Positions 57,513-64,000 of a stretch of DNA of 64,000 nt are shown here, in pieces. The first letter of the stretch is position 1. Every line of letters begins with the position of its first letter. Below the pieces are notes generated by a model. That model saw only the letters and a program-made list of their open reading frames with translations, was not told the origin of the DNA and searched no databases. Position numbers and translations under genes: made by a program. Source of the stretch: Elusimicrobiota bacterium (GTDB taxonomy: Bacteria > Elusimicrobiota > Endomicrobiia > Endomicrobiales > JBDRNC01); the NCBI GenBank assembly GCA_043811535.1, contig JBDRNC010000037.1:1-64000 (forward strand), written 5' to 3'.

Positions 57513-58337
57513 CTAACGGAAATATTCTATCCTGATCTTCTCCTTGCCTCTCCCTTTTTTAGCCTTATACATCAGTGAATCAGCAAGTTTGATAATTTTG
57601 TCAGCTCCTATGTCTTCCTTGCCGCAAACCAGAACGCCCATGCTGAATTGCACGGGGAACCGATGTTTTTTCGCTGCTATGTTCAACGAATCAAGAAGCC
57701 TTTCAATGGTTATTTTTGTTCCCTCGTAACCGGTTTCGGCAAGCAGAATTCCGAACTCATCTCCGCCGATCCTTGCGGTTAAATCCGGAAACCTGATATT
57801 ATTTTTCAGCACATCGGCTATAATGCGCAGCAGATTGTCCCCGGCAGGATGTCCCAGAATATCATTTATAGACTTAAATCTGTCTATATCCATAAATACC
57901 ACCGAATATTCGGTTTTGTAGCGTTTTTTCCTTTCAATTTCTATTTTCAGCATCTCGTAAAAATATCTCCGGTTGGATATTCCCGTAAGGTAATCAGTTC
58001 GCGACATGTTTTCTTCATGTTTTATATTTTCATGGAGTCGGGCGAAAAGATAAGATGCCAGAAGCAGGAAAAAAAGTTTTGAAAACACGTTCCAGTAAAA
58101 AATATCGGGATTCATTGACGCGATATGAGGTTGATAGATGAATTTTGTTAATAACCATATAAACGCGCTGTACAGACTGATTAGCATGCTCTGGTTCTTT
58201 CCCGCGTACCAGGCGACAATATACACGGGAATCAAATAGAAGGCAAGCGTAAAAATATTCGGATTTATCCGGGTTTCGAGAAATCCCAAAAAACTAGTCA
58301 TTATCAGTCCCGCGATGACGATTAAGGTTTTATTCAT
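57513..58337 (-). CDS. membrane diguanylate cyclase (GGDEF)
   Basis: N-terminal TMs; DYLTG..NRR, DIDRFK.IND..GH, RFPD I-site, GGDEF. Confidence 0.93.
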   Translation of the reverse strand: MNKTLIVIAGLIMTSFLGFLETRINPNIFTLAFYLIPVYIVAWYAGKNQSMLISLYSAFIWLLTKFIYQPHIASMNPDIFYWNVFSKLFFLLLASYLFARLHENIKHEENMSRTDYLTGISNRRYFYEMLKIEIERKKRYKTEYSVVFMDIDRFKSINDILGHPAGDNLLRIIADVLKNNIRFPDLTARIGGDEFGILLAETGYEGTKITIERLLDSLNIAAKKHRFPVQFSMGVLVCGKEDIGADKIIKLADSLMYKAKKGRGKEKIRIEYFR

Positions 58338-58700
58338 AATTGAACGCTGTCCCGCGCTAAAACAGTAAAATCGTTTAACAAAATAGTCAATTGTTACTCG
58401 GTTTTGGATTCCGCTGTTATTAAAAGTATTCTATTCCCGTAAAACCCAGTAAGGAGGTATTATTCATACCCAATATTATAACAAATAATTCGCGCGTCAA
58501 GCCGGACAAAATAGGGCTTATATTGAGATTTTTAGGGAGGAAAGCAGGCAATAAGAAATAGCTTGATATCAGTTTCCAAAACACAGTATAATTGCCGCGC
58601 ATTTTAAACTTGTCAAAAAGCGGTCAAAGTGGTAAAATATCCGGTAAGATCCCGCAACAGGGGATGTCGTAGTATTTAAGAAAAACTCTTAAGATTCTCC

Positions 58701-60464
58701 ATGAAGCCGATAAAAGAACTTCTTACACAGCAGTTTACAGAAGCGTTTGAGGCCTGCGGTTATCCCGGCAGGTTCGGCGAGGTTGTCGCATCGCAGAGAC
58801 CGGAACTGGGCCAGTTCCAGTGCAGCGGGGCGCTCGGGGCCGCGAAAGCCGTTAAAACCGCGCCGATGATAGCTGCCGGCAACATTGTAGAGAAACTGAA
58901 GAGCCAGCCGATATTCAAAAATCTTTCCATCGCGGAACCGGGATTCATCAACATAACGCTTACCGACGAATTTCTCGCCTCGTTTGTTCAGGAGCTTGTT
59001 TCGGACGATCGTCTCGGCCATCATTCCTTACAGAACGCGGCGACGACAGTCATGGATTTCGGCGGGCCAAACATAGCGAAACCCATGCACGTCGGCCACC
59101 TGCGCTCGGCGATAATAGGCGAGTCCCTGAAGCGGATCCTGCGGTTCGCGGGTGAAAAAGTTATCGGTGACATACATATGGGCGACTGGGGAACCCAGAT
59201 GGGTATGCTGATAAGCGAATTGAATCTAAGGAAACCGGACCTGCCGTATTTTGACGAAAAATTCAAAGGTTCGTATCCTTCCGAGCCGCCCGCGACGATT
59301 GATGACCTGGAAGAGATGTATCCGGCCGCGAACGCGCGATGCAAATCCGACGAGAACGCGATGGCGGGCGCTCTCAAGGCGACGGTTGAGCTCCAGCAGG
59401 GGCGGGCGGGCTACAGGGCTCTCTGGAAACATTTCGTTGACGTTTCCGTCAAAGCGCTCAAGGCGGATTTTGAGGGCCTCGGCGTGAGTTTTGACCTGTG
59501 GTACGGCGAGAGCAACTACCATGACAGGATTCCCGCTATGATAGAATACCTGAAGTCAAAGGGAGTCGCCGAGCTTGATGAAGGCGCCCTTGTTATCAAA
59601 CTTGAAACACAGCCGGGCAAAAAGGAGATGCCTCCTCTCATACTCATAAAATCAGACGGCGGCTACCTGTACGGGACAACCGACCTGGCAACAGTCTACG
59701 AGCGCATAAACGATTTCAAGGCCGGCAGGATATTATATGTCGTGGATAAAAGGCAGAGCCTGCATTTTGAGCAGGTCTTTCAGGCCGCGAAAAAGACCGG
59801 AATCTCCGGAAAGGCCTCTCTTGAACACGTGGCTTTCGGCACGGTTAACGGTCCGGATGGGAAGCCTTTCAAGACGCGCGCCGGCGGCGTGATGAAGCTC
59901 AAGGACCTGACGGCGATGACTATAACAGAAGTTCTGAAAAAGATGGAAGAGGCCGGCGTCGCGCGCGATTACGGCGAGGATGAGCGCCGCGGGATTGCCG
60001 TAAAAGTCGGGATCGCGGCGGTAAAATTCGCCGATCTTATGAACCTCAGGACATCAGACTATATTTTTGACATAGAGAAGTTCACTAGTTTTGACGGTAA
60101 AACCGGCCCGTACCACCTGTACGCCGCCGTGAGAATCAAATCAATACTCCGGAAAGCGCAGGAAAAAGGCGTGAAGCCCGGGCCGATTCTTCCTCCTACC
60201 GAATACGAGCGGGAACTGATGCTGAACATCAGCAGGTTTGCGGAAACCGTAGAGAACGCGCGCCGGAACCTCGCTCCGCATTTCCTGTGCGAGCTTGCCC
60301 ATGACCTGGCGCAGTCATTCAGCAGGTTTTACGAGCATTGCCATATACTGAACGAGAAGGACGCCGCAAGACAGTCTTCCTGGCTCGCGCTTTCAATGCT
60401 TTGCCTCAGAGAGTTTGAACAAATACTATCCCTTCTGGGGATAGAACTCCCCGACCGAATGTAG
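58701..60464 (+). CDS. argS: arginine--tRNA ligase
   Basis: PNIAKPMHVGHLRS, GDWGTQMG, KSDGGYLY.TTDLA, PFKTR, GKTGPY..YA..RI. Confidence 0.97.
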   Translation: MKPIKELLTQQFTEAFEACGYPGRFGEVVASQRPELGQFQCSGALGAAKAVKTAPMIAAGNIVEKLKSQPIFKNLSIAEPGFINITLTDEFLASFVQELVSDDRLGHHSLQNAATTVMDFGGPNIAKPMHVGHLRSAIIGESLKRILRFAGEKVIGDIHMGDWGTQMGMLISELNLRKPDLPYFDEKFKGSYPSEPPATIDDLEEMYPAANARCKSDENAMAGALKATVELQQGRAGYRALWKHFVDVSVKALKADFEGLGVSFDLWYGESNYHDRIPAMIEYLKSKGVAELDEGALVIKLETQPGKKEMPPLILIKSDGGYLYGTTDLATVYERINDFKAGRILYVVDKRQSLHFEQVFQAAKKTGISGKASLEHVAFGTVNGPDGKPFKTRAGGVMKLKDLTAMTITEVLKKMEEAGVARDYGEDERRGIAVKVGIAAVKFADLMNLRTSDYIFDIEKFTSFDGKTGPYHLYAAVRIKSILRKAQEKGVKPGPILPPTEYERELMLNISRFAETVENARRNLAPHFLCELAHDLAQSFSRFYEHCHILNEKDAARQSSWLALSMLCLREFEQILSLLGIELPDRM

Positions 60465-60565
60465 TTCCATAATCATCGCTGGAAATTCACAAGTAAAACT
60501 GCCTGTTTGTCCTTGATAAAACCGTCTGATTTTAGTATTATCTACCTGCAGTTCACCTTTAGTCC

Positions 60566-61078
60566 TTGAGGACATCCAAAGTGTTTATTCAGTTCTTCCT
60601 AGCGCTAACTTTGCTGACAAATCCGGCTGAAACATGCAGCAAGAATAATAACCCCGACATCATGGCGAGGTACTGCCTGGTAAACGCGCTTTTTTACGCG
60701 GAAAAGGAAGATTGGGGGAAAAACGCGAAACTCATGATGAAGGTCGGCAACCTGCGCGAACTTGACGCTAAAACCGTGCTGCCGTTCCTGGAGATAGGCA
60801 CGGTGAATTTCAAGACGAATGTGATAGAACTGCTGGGCAATATAGGCGACCGCGCCGCTGTCAATCCGCTGGTGAAGCTGCTTGAAAAGGAACAAAACGT
60901 TGACATAAAGCTTTCCGTAATAGAGGCTCTGGGCAAACTGAAGGATAAGAGGGCCGTCAAGGTTCTGGAAGCGCAGCTTCAAAGCGAATTGTGGGGCGTC
61001 AGGATTTCGGCCTCCTCCTCGCTAGAAAGCATAACGGGAAAACAATATGGATACGGAAACCCGCCTCCCCGTCGCTAG
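60566..61078 (+). CDS. exported HEAT/PBS-repeat protein
   Basis: LGNIGDRAAVNPL, EALGKLKDKRAV; start uncertain. Confidence 0.75.
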   Translation: MRTSKVFIQFFLALTLLTNPAETCSKNNNPDIMARYCLVNALFYAEKEDWGKNAKLMMKVGNLRELDAKTVLPFLEIGTVNFKTNVIELLGNIGDRAAVNPLVKLLEKEQNVDIKLSVIEALGKLKDKRAVKVLEAQLQSELWGVRISASSSLESITGKQYGYGNPPPRR

Positions 61079-61130
61079 ACAGCCGGGCTTGAAATTTCCG
61101 CAAAAATAATGTAGATTGGTTGGAATGTTA

Positions 61131-61144
61131 TGTTATCGGTAACT
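61131..61144 (+). promoter_or_regulatory. LacI-type operator-like palindrome
   Basis: TGTTATCGGTAACT between TTGAAA-17-TAGATT promoter and ATG 61194. Confidence 0.45.
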
Positions 61145-61193
61145 GCATTTACGCAGCCGCCGGTGGCAAATTCCGACTGAGAGGTTTAAAAAG

Positions 61194-64000
61194 ATGGCCA
61201 GATCCGCAGGAAAAACCGGTCCAACCGCGAAGTACAGGCTCAATGATGACGGGACATTCGTCATAGAGAATTACAATCTCTCGCGCACGTTCGCGAGCTT
61301 CTTTCCCGGCATAGCAGGCGTTGACGGCATACCTATGTGGGCCTTCTACATCAACAGGGGCCAGTGCATTTCCACGTTTGGCGTAAAGAACAAGAATTAT
61401 TCCATGCTTGAGTTTTACGCGGCAGACAAGGCGTACGCTTTTACCCAGAACCAGGGATTCAGGACTTTTGTTAAATTGAAAAGGGGCGGAAAGACGGAGC
61501 TGTACGAGCCGTTCCAGAACAACGCCGCCAATAACAGGTACAGGACGGTTCAGCGCATGCTGGTAAGGTCGTATGAACTGATTCTGGAAGAAGAGAATGC
61601 CGATTTGGGGCTTAAGACAACGGTCAAGTACTTTACGATACCCGGCGAATCCTACGCCGCGCTGGCCAGGACCGTGGAATTCGAAAATCTTAAGAAATCC
61701 CCGCTTGAATTCGAGGTCATTGACGGCCTTCCGAGGATAATTCCGTTCTGGATAAGCGAATACCTGCTGAAAGCGATGAGCACGCTCCACCAGGCGTGGA
61801 TACACGTTCCGGATTTCAACAAGACCGGTTTACCTTACTATAAAGTTAAGGTTGAGCTTTCGGATACGCCGGAAGTGACCGAACTCGCGGAAGGTAACTT
61901 TTACTTCGGTGTAGTCAAGGGTCCCGGCAAAACGGAAAAGGCGAAAGTCGTAATAGATCCGGAAATAATATTCGGCCCGGACACGAGTTTCGGCTATCCG
62001 TTCGCTTTCGCTTCAAAAACGGCTTTCAATGTTTCCAAGGAACAGATCGGCGATAACAGGTACCCCTGCGCGATGAGTTTTTTCAAAACGAGATTAAAAC
62101 CGGCGGGCAAGACTGCGTTCTATTCGCTCTTCGGGCATATCGGGAGCCAGGAGAAACTGAGCCAGCTCTTCAAGGAAGCGGGCAACCCGGAATATTTTGA
62201 GAACAAGGCGCGGCGGAACAGGCAGGTCGTTGAAGATATCACTAACCAGATACGCACGAAGTCGGCGGTAAAGGAGTTTGACCTTTACTGCAGGCAGACA
62301 TACCTTGACAATGTCCTGCGCGGCGGCATGCCCGTAAGCCTGCCCGCGGGCGGAGGAGAAATACCATACTATGTCTACTGGCGCAAGCACGGCGACCTTG
62401 AACGCGAGTATAACGACTTTCAGGTATCGCCGTCTTATTACTCGCAGGGAACCGCGAATTTCCGCGACGTCAACCAGAACAGGCGCTGCGACGTATTCTT
62501 CAACCCGAAAGTCGGGGACTTCAACATATCCAGGTTCTATAACCTGCTCCAGCTGGACGGGTACAACCCTTTGGTCGTTGAAGGCACGTATTTTACCGTT
62601 GAAGACGGACTCGGCGCGGCAAGCGGCCTCGTAGACGACGCGTGCAGGGAAAAACTGGCCGCGTTCATCTCAAAACCGTTCGAGCCCGGAAGCCTGCTGC
62701 TGTTCATTGAAGAGAACGGCATCAAACTCAAAGTTCCGAAAGAAGAACTGCTGAGGCGTGTGCTGGGCGCGGCCAAAAGGAAAGATGACGCGCTCAGATA
62801 TACCGAGGGTTTCTGGACAGACCACTGGACGTACAACTTAGACCTGCTTGAAAACTATACCGCGGTCTTCCCCGAAAAAGAAAGGGAGATACTTTTTGAA
62901 AAGAAAGAGTTCCGGTATTTTGACAACGATAACGTAGTCCTTCCGAGAAGCGAGAAATATGTGGACGCGGGAGGCGGAAAGATCAGGCAGTTCGGTTCGA
63001 CGGTTGAGGACAAATCAAAACAGGAACTCATCAAGGGCAGAAAGTCCGACCAGAATATCGTCAGGACGGAAAAAGGCAGGGGCGGCGTCTACAAGACGAC
63101 GCTTATGGAAAAACTGGTGAATCTTCTGGTGAATAAGGTCGCGTCGCTTGACTCGGAAGGCATCGGCATCGAAGCCGAGGCCAACAAGCCGGGCTGGGAT
63201 GACGCGCTCAACGGCCTGCCGGGAATTTTCGGCTCGTGCACACCCGAAACTTTTGAGACCAAGCGCATGGCGCTTTACGTCAGGGAACGCCTGAAGGCGC
63301 TCGGTATAGGGGACGATTACGGGATTGCCGTGCACGAAGAGCTTTACGCGTTTTTTGAAGGATTGTCCTCCCTGCTCTCCCAGGTCGGCTCAATGAGTGA
63401 TTTTGATTTTTGGGACAAGGCGACAACGCTGAAGGAAACATACCGGAAAGAGACGCTGTACGGCGTCAGCGGGGCGACGAAAAAGATTGCGTGCGCCCGG
63501 CTCATAGCTTTCATTGACAACGCGGTCAGGAAGCTTGACAGGGGAATTGAAAAGGCCTTTGACAGCTCGGCGGGCATATACCATACCTATTTCGCTTATA
63601 CGGCCGAAGCATACAGGGATGAAAAACGCAGGAACCACAGGGGGCAGGAGTGCGTTTCCGTGTCGAAATTCTCGAAACGGCCTCTGCCCGCTTTTCTTGA
63701 GGCTCAGGTGCGCTACATAAAGACCGAACCGGACAAAACCAGGATAAGAGAACTGCACAGGTCGGTCAAGAAAAGCGGACTTTATGACAAGACGCTCGGG
63801 ATGTATAAAGTCAACGCATCGCTTAAGGGAGAGCCGTACGATATCGGCCGCTGCACGGTATTTTCGCCGGGCTGGCTGGAGAACGAATCGATCTGGCTTC
63901 ACATGGAATACAAGTACCTGCTGGAACTTCTGAAAGCGGGCTTGCACAAGGAGTTCTTTGAGGAATTCAGGAAAGCGGGCGTGTGTTTCCTTAAACCTGC
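61194..64000 (+). CDS. GH161-like beta-1,3-glucan phosphorylase (partial, runs off window)
   Basis: FASFFPGIAG..GIPMWAFYINRGQ, RKHGDLEREYN.F, NFRDVNQNRR, KPGWDDALNGLPG, GWLENESIWLHMEYKY; last motif in frame with ATG 61194. Confidence 0.85.
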   Translation, partial: MARSAGKTGPTAKYRLNDDGTFVIENYNLSRTFASFFPGIAGVDGIPMWAFYINRGQCISTFGVKNKNYSMLEFYAADKAYAFTQNQGFRTFVKLKRGGKTELYEPFQNNAANNRYRTVQRMLVRSYELILEEENADLGLKTTVKYFTIPGESYAALARTVEFENLKKSPLEFEVIDGLPRIIPFWISEYLLKAMSTLHQAWIHVPDFNKTGLPYYKVKVELSDTPEVTELAEGNFYFGVVKGPGKTEKAKVVIDPEIIFGPDTSFGYPFAFASKTAFNVSKEQIGDNRYPCAMSFFKTRLKPAGKTAFYSLFGHIGSQEKLSQLFKEAGNPEYFENKARRNRQVVEDITNQIRTKSAVKEFDLYCRQTYLDNVLRGGMPVSLPAGGGEIPYYVYWRKHGDLEREYNDFQVSPSYYSQGTANFRDVNQNRRCDVFFNPKVGDFNISRFYNLLQLDGYNPLVVEGTYFTVEDGLGAASGLVDDACREKLAAFISKPFEPGSLLLFIEENGIKLKVPKEELLRRVLGAAKRKDDALRYTEGFWTDHWTYNLDLLENYTAVFPEKEREILFEKKEFRYFDNDNVVLPRSEKYVDAGGGKIRQFGSTVEDKSKQELIKGRKSDQNIVRTEKGRGGVYKTTLMEKLVNLLVNKVASLDSEGIGIEAEANKPGWDDALNGLPGIFGSCTPETFETKRMALYVRERLKALGIGDDYGIAVHEELYAFFEGLSSLLSQVGSMSDFDFWDKATTLKETYRKETLYGVSGATKKIACARLIAFIDNAVRKLDRGIEKAFDSSAGIYHTYFAYTAEAYRDEKRRNHRGQECVSVSKFSKRPLPAFLEAQVRYIKTEPDKTRIRELHRSVKKSGLYDKTLGMYKVNASLKGEPYDIGRCTVFSPGWLENESIWLHMEYKYLLELLKAGLHKEFFEEFRKAGVCFLKP

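Overview
Bacterial chromosomal window; gene content suggests an Elusimicrobiota-like diderm (inference). Left to right: eno-ftsB; a minus-strand signalling operon (PP2C phosphatase, TPR protein, non-RD Ser/Thr kinase with PEGA and CBM11-like ectodomain, a tandem-FHA/FG-GAP protein split at a C8 run, PilB/GspE ATPase) with a structured ~180-nt leader; a divergent CBM lipoprotein plus six-hairpin glycosidase; an Rrf2/4Fe-4S pair; and a surface-protein locus. In that locus two large cargo proteins each end in an HF[S/T] ZU5/GPS-like domain plus a T9SS-type C-terminal domain and are each followed by a PorV-like beta-barrel; one unit is preceded by a c-di-GMP-I riboswitch, and the locus is flanked by a DPM1-like GT2, a TonB-anchor/HEAT-ExbB-ExbD module and a TMTC-like glycosyltransferase. 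Next come a decayed ~7 kb carbohydrate island bounded by a duplicated 5' half of tRNA-Leu(TAA) (LacI, discoidin/CBM proteins, IS30 relic, IS3-like MITE); an Arg-rich DRR-repeat protein, ParB/Srx-domain protein and metallophosphoesterase; tRNA-fMet; treS-treZ-GH57-treY; a GGDEF cyclase; argS; and a GH161-like glucan phosphorylase running off the right edge (absent from the ORF track). No CRISPR array or rRNA seen. All family calls are by motif recognition, not database search.
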